64,000 nucleotides of DNA from NCBI GenBank assembly GCA_963796055.1, contig CAWCKH010000001.1, positions 285,642 to 349,641 of the forward strand. The letters are read 5' to 3'. The notes under the pieces are model-generated. The model was not told the DNA's origin. It searched no databases and worked only from the letters and a program-made list of their open reading frames with translations. Below are positions 38,122 to 47,461 of the stretch, piece after piece (the first letter of the stretch is position 1; each line of letters begins with the position of its first letter). Source of the DNA: an uncultured delta proteobacterium. Lineage in GTDB: Bacteria > Myxococcota > Myxococcia > Myxococcales > Myxococcaceae. The position numbers and the translations under genes are program-made.

Positions 38122-40344
38122 ATGAACAGGTTTCGCTTCGCTCTGGTGGTGAGACCGGGCTCGAGCGTGCTGATCGCCCTCTGGGCGTCGCTCTCGATGA
38201 CGGCCCCGGCGGCCGCGCAGGACGCTGGAACTCTGCCTGGCGCGGCCAGGACGGTGCAGCGACTGCCGTCCCCCGAGGCGAGAGCGAAGAGCGCCGCATG
38301 TACCGCCGGCTGCCATCAGGATCTGAAGGCGGTCGAGTACCCGGCACACAAGGAGCTCGCGTGCACCCAGTGCCATGCGAACGTGACCGACGGCCAGGTA
38401 AAGCACGCAAGCGCGCTGGACGAGCTCCCTCCAGAAAAGACATGCACGGGATGCCATTCGGAGGAAACACGCAAACAGACCTCGGGGCTGCACAAGGATC
38501 TGTTGTGCGAAAGCTGCCACGGGTCCGCTCACGGAGCGTTCAAGCGTTACGACAGCTCGACCTGCAAGGGGTGTCACGGCGACCAGGTGAAGGCAATCAA
38601 TGCCAGCATCCACGGCACCAGCGAGAAACAGCGGGTCCGCTGCATGGACTGTCACGGCGACCTTCACGACGTGAAGAAATCGTCGAATCCGTTAGCTCCC
38701 TCATCCAAGGTGCTGCAGGTCACGACCTGCGGCGAATGCCACAACGATGCGTACGTCCGCGCCTTCCGGGACAGCGTGCACGGCCAGGGGCTGCTCCGCT
38801 CCGGGCTCGCCGTCGCGCCGACGTGCAGCACGTGCCACGGCGCGCACGACATCGCCAAGGTCAAGAGCCCGGCCTCGAAGGTCGCGAAGGTCAACTCGGT
38901 CGAGACCTGCGGCCAGTGCCACGAGTTCATCGTCACCCGCTGGAAGGAGAGCACGCACGGACAGAAGTGGCTCGGCGACAAGGAGCCGGCGGGGGTCAAG
39001 CCCGGCGCCGAGCCCGAGACGCCCATGGCCGAGCGGCCCAAGACGTACCCGGTCTGCGTCGACTGCCACTCGGGCCACAAGACCTTCGACCCGATGGTCT
39101 ACGCCAACAACCTCAAGATGGCCGACACCTGCGGGGCCTGCCACGAGGAGGCCAGCCGTACCTACCGCGAGAGCTTCCACGGCAAAGCGACTCGGCTCGG
39201 CCAGGCCGCCGCCGCGACCTGTGCGGACTGCCACACCCCACACCACATGCTGCCCGCGACCGATCCGCAGTCGACCGTCCAGCCAGCGAACCTGGCCGCG
39301 ACCTGCGGCCGCTGCCACCCGGGCGCGAGCGGCGAGTTCCTCAAGTTCGACGTCCACGCCAACCCGGACAGCAAGGCGCGCAACGCCAAGGTGTACTGGA
39401 TCTACAAGTTCATGAGCCTGCTCCTCTTCGGGGTCATGGGCTTCTTCGCTGTGCACGCGGTCCTGTGGCTGCAGCGCGCCCTCGTCGCGGCGTGGCGCCA
39501 CGAGCTGCCCAACGGCGAGAAGCCGGGCGAGCCGTGGGTGCGCCGCTTCCGGCCGATCCACATCGGCATCCACGTCGCCATCGTGCTGACCTTCCTCACT
39601 CTCGGCGCCACCGGCCTGCCGCTCAAGTTCAGCGGCCAGGCCTGGGCCCGGCCGATCGAGAGCCTGTTCGGTGGACCGGGGGCGAACCAGCTCCTGCACC
39701 GCATTGCCGGCGTCCTGACGTTCGGCTACGCCGCGGTCTACGTCGCCTACCTGCTCTACGAGGCGCTGGTGAAGCGCACCAAGGGCCTGTTCTGGGGCTG
39801 GGAGTCGATGACGCCCCGGTGGAAGGACCTTCAGGACCTGTGGGCCAACGTCAAGTGGTTCTGCTACCGGGGCAAGCCGCCGCACCTCGACCGCTGGGCT
39901 TACTGGGAGAAGTTCGACTTCTTCGCGGTCTTCTGGGGCATCCCGATGATCGGCCTCTCGGGCCTGATGCTGTGGGCGCCGATGTGGTTCACGAAGTTCC
40001 TGCCCGGCTGGGCGCTCAACGTGGCCTATGTCATCCACAGCGACGAGGCGCTGCTCGCGACCGGCTTCATCTTCTTCTTCCACTTCTTCCACACCCACCT
40101 GCGTCCCGAGGCATTCCCGATGGACACGGTCATGTTCCTCGGCGGCATGCCGCTGTCGCGCTTCCAGCACGAGCGGCCCGACGAGTACGCGCGCGCGGTT
40201 GCGGACGGCACACTCGACAAGCTGCTCATGCCGCCGCCCAGCGAGCACGAGCGCCGGCGCGCGAACATCTTCGGCGCGGTGACGCTGGCCATCGGGGTGA
40301 TCCTTGCCTTCCTGCTCCTCGTGACCGGAATTAGCGCCCTCTGA
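38122..40344 (+). CDS. CbcL-like fusion: multiheme c domain (13 motifs) plus FdnI/HydC-like cytochrome b domain
   Basis: 12 CxxCH plus CTAGCH, followed by TM helices with 'RRF...H', 'TGLPLKF', 'HRIAG', '[13 protein letters not shown]' and '[27 protein letters not shown]'. Confidence 0.88.
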   Translation: MNRFRFALVVRPGSSVLIALWASLSMTAPAAAQDAGTLPGAARTVQRLPSPEARAKSAACTAGCHQDLKAVEYPAHKELACTQCHANVTDGQVKHASALDELPPEKTCTGCHSEETRKQTSGLHKDLLCESCHGSAHGAFKRYDSSTCKGCHGDQVKAINASIHGTSEKQRVRCMDCHGDLHDVKKSSNPLAPSSKVLQVTTCGECHNDAYVRAFRDSVHGQGLLRSGLAVAPTCSTCHGAHDIAKVKSPASKVAKVNSVETCGQCHEFIVTRWKESTHGQKWLGDKEPAGVKPGAEPETPMAERPKTYPVCVDCHSGHKTFDPMVYANNLKMADTCGACHEEASRTYRESFHGKATRLGQAAAATCADCHTPHHMLPATDPQSTVQPANLAATCGRCHPGASGEFLKFDVHANPDSKARNAKVYWIYKFMSLLLFGVMGFFAVHAVLWLQRALVAAWRHELPNGEKPGEPWVRRFRPIHIGIHVAIVLTFLTLGATGLPLKFSGQAWARPIESLFGGPGANQLLHRIAGVLTFGYAAVYVAYLLYEALVKRTKGLFWGWESMTPRWKDLQDLWANVKWFCYRGKPPHLDRWAYWEKFDFFAVFWGIPMIGLSGLMLWAPMWFTKFLPGWALNVAYVIHSDEALLATGFIFFFHFFHTHLRPEAFPMDTVMFLGGMPLSRFQHERPDEYARAVADGTLDKLLMPPPSEHERRRANIFGAVTLAIGVILAFLLLVTGISAL

Positions 40345-40360
40345 TGGAGGCCCCGCAAAG

Positions 40361-40446
40361 TGGCCCTCCCCGGACTCGAACCGGGACGCGGGGTCAGCCG
40401 CAGCGGATTTTGAGTCCGCCTCGTCTACCAATTTCGACAGAGGGCC
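40361..40446 (-). tRNA. tRNA-Leu(CAA), CCA not encoded
   Basis: Reverse complement GGCCCTCTGTCGAAATTGGTAGACGAG GCGGA CTCAAAA TCCGC ... CCCGG TTCGAGT CCGGG GAGGGCCA; long variable arm. Confidence 0.93.
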
Positions 40447-40485
40447 TTGCGACGGCGCGGGCGCGGGTCTAGCACCTCCCGGGCC

Positions 40486-41217
40486 ATGTACAACCTCCTC
40501 ATCGCGCTCGCCGCGGGGGTCGTCGTCACCGTTGCGGTGCAGCTGGCCGGCCTCCCGTTGCTCGCGGGAATCGTGCCCGGGGTGCTGGTCTTCTTCGGGG
40601 CTTACATCCTCCTCGCCCGGCGCATCGCCGAGCGGCTGAAGGCCCTGGTGGCCTCGGCGCAGAAGGAGCTGCAGACCATCTCCTCCCCCCGTGACCGGGA
40701 CGCCAAGGTGGCCAAGGCGGTGAAGACGCTGGAGCAGGGGCTGCAGTACGACCGGTGGCAGATCATGGTCGCCTCCCAGGTCCACGGGCAGATCGGCATC
40801 CTCCACTACATGATGAAGGACTACGCCGCCGCCGAGCCCCACCTGGTCGCGGCGAGCAAGCGCGACCCGATGTCCCAGGCCATGCTCGGGGCGCTGCACT
40901 ACCAGCGCAAGCAGACCGGGCCGATGACCGAGGCCTTCGAGCGCGCGGTGAAGGCCGGCAAGAAGGAAGGGCTGGTCTGGGCCGTCTACGCCTGGTGCCT
41001 TCAACAGACGAAGGAGCGCGACAAGGCCATCGCCGTCCTCGGTCGGGCGGTGGCCGCGAACCCCAGCGACGAGAAGCTCAAGTCCGCGCTCACCGCTCTG
41101 CAGAACGACAAGCGGATGAAGATGAAGGCCTGGGAGCCGATGTGGTGGCAGTTCAATCTGGAGGTTCCCCCCCAGGACCTCGGTGGCGGCCGGCGGGTTC
41201 AGTTCCAGCGTCGATGA
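40486..41217 (+). CDS. Membrane-anchored TPR-like protein
   Basis: Two N-terminal TMs and helical repeats; TTGCGA-N17-TAGCAC promoter-like element at 40447-40475. Confidence 0.75.
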   Translation: MYNLLIALAAGVVVTVAVQLAGLPLLAGIVPGVLVFFGAYILLARRIAERLKALVASAQKELQTISSPRDRDAKVAKAVKTLEQGLQYDRWQIMVASQVHGQIGILHYMMKDYAAAEPHLVAASKRDPMSQAMLGALHYQRKQTGPMTEAFERAVKAGKKEGLVWAVYAWCLQQTKERDKAIAVLGRAVAANPSDEKLKSALTALQNDKRMKMKAWEPMWWQFNLEVPPQDLGGGRRVQFQRR

Positions 41218-41417
41218 GCAGGAGGGCTGGAGTTTCTTCCTGTCGTTTTCCAGCATACTCCTCAACCCGCTGAACTGACTGGGGCGGCGGGGGCACGTCG
41301 CTTGCTGCACGGTCAGCGCGCTTCCGTGCTTCGCGGGAGCCACGCCGCAGAAGAGGAGCGCCACCCCTGTCCGTCCGCGGACTTCAATCTCCGTCGTCGG
41401 ACTCCAGGCGGCCCGCG

Positions 41418-42344
41418 ATGGATCGACGCCCTGCCCGCCCCGTGCTCCTCATCGTCGAGGACGACGGGCCGACCCGCGCCGGGCTGGCGGAGCTGCTCGG
41501 GGGTGACTGGGACATTCTCACTGCCGAGGACGGCACCGAGGCGGTCGCCCTCATCCAGGCCCACGTCCCGGACCTCGTCCTGGCAGACCTGGCCATGCCC
41601 CGGCTCGGTGGGATCGGCCTGCTCGAGGTGCTCCGGTCGGACCCGCGGACCCGCGAGGTGCCGGTGGTGTTCCTCTCCGGGCAGAGCGACGCGAGCACCA
41701 TCGTGAACTGCTTCAGCCACGGCGCGGCGGACTTCATCGCCAAGCCCGGCCGCCCGGACGAGCTCCGCGCCCGGCTCCTCCATGCCTGGACACAGGCCCG
41801 GCGGGTGGCGAGCCTGGAGTCCCTGGCCCGCACCGACGCCCTCACCGGCCTGCACAACTTCCGGGCGCTGCAGCAGAGGCTGGACGAGGAGTTCGCCCGG
41901 GCCGCCCGCTACGCCGAGCCGCTCGCGGTCCTGCTGGTCGACCTGGACCACCTCAAGATGCTCAACGACCGGTACGGCCACGAGGCGGGGAACGCCGCGC
42001 TCCGGGCCATGGGCGAGGTGTTCGGCGAGGAGCTGCGCGAGGTGGACTTCGCCGCGCGCTTCGGGGGCGACGAGTTCGTGGCGCTGCTGCCGCACCAGAC
42101 CGCGGCCGAGGCGGCGGTGGTCGCCGAGCGGCTCCGGGTCCGGCTCGCCTCGCGCGCCTGGCCATGGCCTCAGCCGCTCACCCTGAGCATCGGCATCGCG
42201 GCGATGGAGTCGTCGGTCAACGTGCAGGAGCCGTCGATGCTGCTCGCGGCTGCGGACGCCGCGCTCTACCGGAGCAAGCACCAGGGGCGAAACCGGGTGG
42301 AGGTGGCTGGCCCCGAGGACGGACTCCGTGGGGACACGCACTGA
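41418..42344 (+). CDS. Response-regulator diguanylate cyclase (REC-GGDEF)
   Basis: VEDD/DLAMP receiver; TDALTGL, DLDHLK..ND.YGH, RxxD I-site (REVD), RFGGDEF. Confidence 0.92.
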   Translation: MDRRPARPVLLIVEDDGPTRAGLAELLGGDWDILTAEDGTEAVALIQAHVPDLVLADLAMPRLGGIGLLEVLRSDPRTREVPVVFLSGQSDASTIVNCFSHGAADFIAKPGRPDELRARLLHAWTQARRVASLESLARTDALTGLHNFRALQQRLDEEFARAARYAEPLAVLLVDLDHLKMLNDRYGHEAGNAALRAMGEVFGEELREVDFAARFGGDEFVALLPHQTAAEAAVVAERLRVRLASRAWPWPQPLTLSIGIAAMESSVNVQEPSMLLAAADAALYRSKHQGRNRVEVAGPEDGLRGDTH

Positions 42345-42439
42345 AGAGGACCGCCACGCGGTCGAACGGGCGGGGTGAAGGCATGGGCGGGACGGCGCCG
42401 GGCGATGCTCACCCGCATCCTCGAGCGCCACCGGCTCCG

Positions 42440-43345
42440 TCAGGCCCACCCGGACTCGTCCCACACCTCGGCGTAGGGCGGGGCGACGAAGCGCGTGCCG
42501 GCCTCGCGGCGGAACCAGGTGCGCTGGCGCTTGGCGTACCGCCGGGTCTCGAGGAACGTCTCGCGCTCGGCCTCGTCCGCGGTCATCGTCCCGTCCAGCA
42601 CGCACAGCGCCTGCCGGTAGCCCACGCTCCGCATCGGCGCCGTGTCCCGGAATCCGCGGGCGACGAGGCGCTCCGTCTCGGCCACCAGACCCTGGGCGAA
42701 CAACTGCCGGGTGCGCGCGGCCAGCCGGACGTCGAGGTCCTCTCGGGCCGGGTCGAGGAAGAAGAGGCACGCCGGGTAGCGGGCGGGCTCGAAGGCGTGG
42801 GCTGCGCGGAGCCTGGATGCAGGCGTTCCGGTGGTGGCGTGGATCTCCAGCGCCCGGATCACCCGCAGCACGTCGGCGACGGCGAGCCGGCCGGCGGCGT
42901 CCGGATCCACCTCGGCCAGCCGCCGGTGCATCGCCTCCGGACCCACCCGCCCAGCCTCGTCCTCGAGCGCACGCCGCACCTCGGGATCGGGCGGCGTGTC
43001 GGTGAGACCATGAAGGAGCGCCCGGATGTACAGCCCGGTTCCTCCGACGACCAGCACCCGACGGCCCCGGGCGATGATCTCGGCGATGGCCGCGTCAGCG
43101 AGCGAGGCCCAGCGCGCGGCGGAGAAGGCTTTGGTCGGCTCGACGATCGAGACCAGATGGTGTGGCACCCGCGCCAGCTGCCCGGGGTTGGGCTTGGCCG
43201 TGCCGAGGTCGAAGTGCCGGTACACCGCCTGCGAGTCGGCGCTGACGATCTCCGCGCCCATGCGCTCCGCCAGCTGGATCGCGAGCTCGGTCTTCCCGGC
43301 CCCGGTCGGACCGGCGAGGACGATCAGCGGTGGGCCGGGCTGCAT
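42440..43345 (-). CDS. miaA: tRNA dimethylallyltransferase
   Basis: GPTGAGKT, SADSQAVY, GTAKP, VGGTGLY, TRRYAKRQRTWFR. Confidence 0.95.
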   Translation of the reverse strand: MQPGPPLIVLAGPTGAGKTELAIQLAERMGAEIVSADSQAVYRHFDLGTAKPNPGQLARVPHHLVSIVEPTKAFSAARWASLADAAIAEIIARGRRVLVVGGTGLYIRALLHGLTDTPPDPEVRRALEDEAGRVGPEAMHRRLAEVDPDAAGRLAVADVLRVIRALEIHATTGTPASRLRAAHAFEPARYPACLFFLDPAREDLDVRLAARTRQLFAQGLVAETERLVARGFRDTAPMRSVGYRQALCVLDGTMTADEAERETFLETRRYAKRQRTWFRREAGTRFVAPPYAEVWDESGWA

Positions 43346-43366
43346 GGACCGGGGTATGACGGAGCG

Positions 43367-43813
43367 ATGGGTGACCCGTACGTCGTGGAATTCCGCGCGC
43401 GCTGGGCGGACATGGACTTCAACCAGCACATGCGGAACGCAGCGTACCTCGGATGGGCCGAGGAGACCCGGATGCGTTACCTCGAGGACAACGGCTGGAC
43501 GATGGCCGAGTTCTCCCGCCTGCGGCTGGGGCCGGTGGTGGTGGAGGATCTCCTCACCTACCGGAAGGAGCTGCGCCTCCTCGAGCCGTTCCGGGTGGAG
43601 CTGGCCATCGCCGGGATCACCGACGACGCCCGGAAGATGCGGGTGCAGAACCGCTTCCTCCGCGCCTCCGATGGGGTGCTCTGCGCGACGGTGCGGAGCG
43701 TGGTGCTCTGGTTCGACCTCCACGGCCGGCGAACCGTCCCGCCTCCACCCGAGCTCGCCCGGCTGTGGCTCGGGCTCGCCAGGACCGAGGACTTCGCCCG
43801 GCTGGAGGGCTGA
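43367..43813 (+). CDS. 4HBT/acyl-CoA thioesterase family protein
   Basis: RWADMDFNQHMRNAAY hot-dog-fold motif. Confidence 0.85.
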   Translation: MGDPYVVEFRARWADMDFNQHMRNAAYLGWAEETRMRYLEDNGWTMAEFSRLRLGPVVVEDLLTYRKELRLLEPFRVELAIAGITDDARKMRVQNRFLRASDGVLCATVRSVVLWFDLHGRRTVPPPPELARLWLGLARTEDFARLEG

Positions 43814-43864
43814 GGGCGCCTCCCGGGCTCATGGCCTCGGCCGGAGCAGCCGACCGCGGGCTGG

Positions 43865-45130
43865 TCAGCGCCGGACGGCGAGCGCCGACTCGACTGCATC
43901 GAGCCGCACCTGTACCGGCTCACCGCCGGCCAGCGGCTTGAGCTGCGCCTCACCCGACCCGAGCTCGCGCGAGCCGAGGACCAGCGCGTACGTCGCCCCG
44001 GACCTGTCGGCGCGCTTCATCTGGCTCTTGAGGCTGCCCCCGCGGGCATCGAGGTCCACGCGGTACCCCGCCCGCCGCAGCCGGCTGACCAGGGCCAGCG
44101 CCGCGTCCGCCGCGCCCTCCTCCGCCACCGCGACGAAGAGCTCGGGACGGCCGGGCTGCACCGCCCCCTTCGCCTGGAGGAGCAGGTACAGTCGGTCCAT
44201 CCCCAGCGCCCAGCCCACCGCCGGGGTGTCCGGGCCGCCGAGCTCCTTCACCAGCCGGTCGTACCGGCCGCCGCCGCCCACGGCCGAGGCGGTGCCCAGC
44301 ACCGGGTCGTCGGAGAGGAACTCGAACGCGGTGCGGGTGTAGTAGTCGATGCCCCGCACCATCCGCGGATTCACCCGGAACGGGATGCCGAGCAGCCCCA
44401 GCTGCCGCTGCACCGCCTCGAAGTGCGTCCGCGCCTCTCCCGACAGCCCGTCGGTGATGGCCGGTGCACCGGCGAGCACTGCCTGACAGCCGGGGTTCTT
44501 GCAGTCGAAGACCCGGAGGGTGTTCTTCTCCGTCCGCTCCTGGCACTCGGCACAGAGCTCGCCCCGGTGCGCGCGGAGGAACGTCCGGAGCGACTCGAGG
44601 TAGGCCCCGCGCGTCTCCGGGTCCCCCAGCGAGTTCAGCTCCACCCGGATGCCGCCCAGGCCCAGCGCGCGGAAGAGCTGCATCGCCAGGTCGATGAGCT
44701 CGGTCTCCTGCGCCGGCGCGGAGACCCCGTACGCCTCGGCCCCCACCTGCCAGAACTGGCGGTAGCGCCCGGTCTTCATCCGCTCGTACCGGAACATCGG
44801 CCCCAGGTACCACCAGCGGGTCACCGGCTCGCGCTGCGCCACCGCATGCTCGATGTACGCCCGGACCAGCGGGGCCGTCCCCTCGGGGCGGAGCGACAGG
44901 CTGCGGCCGGCCTTGTCCTCGAAGGTGTACATCTCCTTGCCCACGATGTCGGTGGCCTCGCCGACGCTGCGGACGAAGAGCGCGGTGTCCTCCACCGCCG
45001 GGGTGCGCGCCTCCTCGTAGCCGAAGCGGCGGAACGTCTCCCGGGCCGCGGCCTCCAGCGCGTGCCACACCGCGATGTCGGGGGGGAGGAGATCGTTCAT
45101 CCCCTTCACCCCGGAGATACGCTGGCTCAC
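43865..45130 (-). CDS. hisS: Histidine--tRNA ligase
   Basis: KGMNDLLP, TDIVGKEMY, LRPEGTA, GPMFRYER, RGIDYY, GGGRYD. Confidence 0.97.
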   Translation of the reverse strand: MSQRISGVKGMNDLLPPDIAVWHALEAAARETFRRFGYEEARTPAVEDTALFVRSVGEATDIVGKEMYTFEDKAGRSLSLRPEGTAPLVRAYIEHAVAQREPVTRWWYLGPMFRYERMKTGRYRQFWQVGAEAYGVSAPAQETELIDLAMQLFRALGLGGIRVELNSLGDPETRGAYLESLRTFLRAHRGELCAECQERTEKNTLRVFDCKNPGCQAVLAGAPAITDGLSGEARTHFEAVQRQLGLLGIPFRVNPRMVRGIDYYTRTAFEFLSDDPVLGTASAVGGGGRYDRLVKELGGPDTPAVGWALGMDRLYLLLQAKGAVQPGRPELFVAVAEEGAADAALALVSRLRRAGYRVDLDARGGSLKSQMKRADRSGATYALVLGSRELGSGEAQLKPLAGGEPVQVRLDAVESALAVRR

Positions 45131-45975
45131 GGCGCGCCTCCGATGCGCTGTCCCATCCGCACCCCCGCGCCCGGCACCAGCCATTCCTCCCAGACCACCT
45201 GACCCGGCTCGAAGAGCAGGATGACGGTCGAGCCCATCTCGAAGCGGCCCAGCTCCCCACCCTTCTCCACCGGCCTCGGCGGGAGGTAGGTCCGCAGCCC
45301 CGCCACCTGGCCGACGTGGGTCACCCGGTCGTCGTAGGCGGCGCGGATCCGCCCCACGCAGGTGGCGCCGACCTTCACCACCGCCACCCGGCCGAACGTG
45401 GCGGTGTCGATCACCGTCACCAGCCGCTCGTTGAGGCAGAAGAGCGCGTCACGGTTCCGGACCGTCGCCGGATTCACCGGCCAGAACTCACCGCGGAGGT
45501 ACCGAGAGGCCACCACCGCACCTTCCACCGGTGCGTGCACGCGGTGGTAGTCGCGCGGCGAGAGGTACAGCGTCGCGTAGCTCCCTCCGAGCGCGAAGCG
45601 GCCGGCAAGCTCCCCGTCGTCCAGCAGCCGCTCCACCGGAAACTGGATCCCCTTGGCCTGCAGGCAGCTGCCGCGCTCGAGGAGGCCCGCCTGGCTCACC
45701 ACCCCGTCCACCGGGGAGACAACGGCCCGGGGGTCGGGGTCGATCGGCCTGGCCCCGGCGCGGAGCCCGCGGCTGAAGAAGTCGGTGAACCGGCCGTAGC
45801 CGCCGAAGTCCTGCTCGGCCTCGCTCATGTCCACTCCGTAGGCACGAGCGAAGGCGCGCATCGCGGCCTGGTGGACCGGGGCTGGGGCGGGCAGCCGGGT
45901 GAGCGTCCCGACCGCCCGGGAGAGCGCGGACTTGGGGACGAGGCGCATCAGCGCGAGGAAGGTGCCGTCTTGCAT
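45127..45975 (-). CDS. psd: Phosphatidylserine decarboxylase proenzyme
   Basis: FFSRGL, SPVDG, YLSPRDYHRVH, NERLV and MGST autocleavage site. Confidence 0.92.
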   Translation of the reverse strand: MQDGTFLALMRLVPKSALSRAVGTLTRLPAPAPVHQAAMRAFARAYGVDMSEAEQDFGGYGRFTDFFSRGLRAGARPIDPDPRAVVSPVDGVVSQAGLLERGSCLQAKGIQFPVERLLDDGELAGRFALGGSYATLYLSPRDYHRVHAPVEGAVVASRYLRGEFWPVNPATVRNRDALFCLNERLVTVIDTATFGRVAVVKVGATCVGRIRAAYDDRVTHVGQVAGLRTYLPPRPVEKGGELGRFEMGSTVILLFEPGQVVWEEWLVPGAGVRMGQRIGGAP

Positions 45976-45989
45976 CGGGGCTGCCGACA

Positions 45990-46658
45990 CTAACTCCCGG
46001 CATCGGGCGGCGCAGGGGGCGTGCCGCCGTCCGGGAGCGTGCGTCGCAGCGCGGACTTGGGAACGATCCCCATGACCGTCTGGCTATCGGCGAGGACCAC
46101 CGAGTTCGCCAGGGCCGGCATGGCGCGGCGGCACCGGTCCGAGTCGGTCATGGTGTACGAGTCCCGCGGCCCACGCCCGTTCACCTCGACCGGCCCCGCC
46201 GGCTCGAAGCAGTCGCCGAACAGCCGGTTGAAGTCGCGCATCGCCATGCCTGCGGTGGGCGCCGCGGGGGGCCCGGCGTCCGGGGCCGGAGGAGGCGCGG
46301 GGCGGCTGGAGCCCTGGGGCGCTGATGCCGGGCTCACCGAGGGCCCGGAGAAGGTGGGCGCCGTCCGGGCCGCGGCCATCGCCTTGTCCCGGTCCTTCGC
46401 CGCCTGCTCGATGCGAGACCGATTCTCGCGGATGCGGTTCAGCAGCTGTGCCGAGGCCTGGGCATCGAGCGAGTCCTGGGGGACCTTCTCCAGCAGCGCC
46501 TCCACCTCGTGCATCCCCGGGTCGACGTACGCGTCGTCCAGTTCCTTGGCGTAGAGCTTGTTGAAGCGCTCCGAGGCGCGGGTGTACTCGGGCGACGGCT
46601 CCTTGCGCGCGCAGGCAGCCAGGAGCAGCAGCACGACGGCGAGCGAACGGGTCGTCAC
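45990..46658 (-). CDS. Hypothetical lipoprotein
   Basis: Lipobox LAAC; same-strand operon context. Confidence 0.7.
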   Translation of the reverse strand: MTTRSLAVVLLLLAACARKEPSPEYTRASERFNKLYAKELDDAYVDPGMHEVEALLEKVPQDSLDAQASAQLLNRIRENRSRIEQAAKDRDKAMAAARTAPTFSGPSVSPASAPQGSSRPAPPPAPDAGPPAAPTAGMAMRDFNRLFGDCFEPAGPVEVNGRGPRDSYTMTDSDRCRRAMPALANSVVLADSQTVMGIVPKSALRRTLPDGGTPPAPPDAGS

Positions 46659-46661
46659 GGG

Positions 46662-47393
46662 TCAGACCCCCAGGAAGAGACGGCGGCCGAAGTTCGGCGC
46701 CAGCTCGGCCTCGAAGATGCGGCGGGCGGCGCCCTCGATGTCGTACTCCACGCGGATGTACTCGACGGTTCGGGCGGTGGTGTCACAGACCACGAAGCAG
46801 GCACGGTTGTCGTAGTCGCGGGGCTGGCCCACGCTCCCCACCGAGATGAGGTACTGGTAGCCCCGCCGGAAGGCGAACTTCTGCGCCACCACGTCGTTCA
46901 CCTCGCCATTGCCGAGGGCGAACGCCTTGCAGAGGTGGCTGTGGCCGATGAAGGTCACCTCGGCCAGGTCCTGCATCGCCGGCACCAGCTCCCGGGCCTG
47001 CTCCAGGGCGAAGACGTACTCGTAGGCCCGCGGCTCCACCGGCGAGCCATGGCTGAAGCCGATCTCCCCCACCCGGTAGGTGTACGGGAGGCTGCGGAGC
47101 CAGGCGTGGTTCTCCTCGGTGAGCACCTCGGCCGACCAGTCCAGGGCGTGCCGTGCTCCCTCGTAATAGAACGAGTAGTCCATCCGGCCCGCGACCGCGG
47201 CGTCGTGGTTTCCGAGCAGGGTGACCTCGGCCACGCTCCGCACCAGGTCACAGCAGGCGTTGGGGGAGGCCCCGTAACCGACGATGTCCCCGAGCGACAC
47301 CACCCGGTCCACCTTCTGGGCCTCGACGGAGCGCAGCACCTCGGTCAGGGCCTCGAGGTTGGAGTGGATGTCCGAGATGACGGCGAAGCGCAT
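46662..47393 (-). CDS. Calcineurin-like metallophosphoesterase
   Basis: SDIHSN, LGDIVGYG, GNHD, HGSP, GHSH, GSVGQPRD. Confidence 0.92.
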   Translation of the reverse strand: MRFAVISDIHSNLEALTEVLRSVEAQKVDRVVSLGDIVGYGASPNACCDLVRSVAEVTLLGNHDAAVAGRMDYSFYYEGARHALDWSAEVLTEENHAWLRSLPYTYRVGEIGFSHGSPVEPRAYEYVFALEQARELVPAMQDLAEVTFIGHSHLCKAFALGNGEVNDVVAQKFAFRRGYQYLISVGSVGQPRDYDNRACFVVCDTTARTVEYIRVEYDIEGAARRIFEAELAPNFGRRLFLGV

Positions 47394-47461
47394 CGGCCTC
47401 CTGGCCGCCTGACCTTACACGACCTTGCCGACCCCGGGGCCTCCATGCTTTGCCGGCCTCC

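Noticed and set aside
41198..41280. Imperfect inverted repeat after the TPR gene (degenerate MITE or terminator)
   Set aside because: The pairing is too degenerate to support a call.
38701..41364. 887-aa minus-strand ORF and similar long antisense ORFs (7021-8910, 58866-60854, 52829-54895)
   Set aside because: They lie opposite well-supported genes, one crosses a tRNA, and they have no recognisable motifs. Such ORFs are expected at this GC content.
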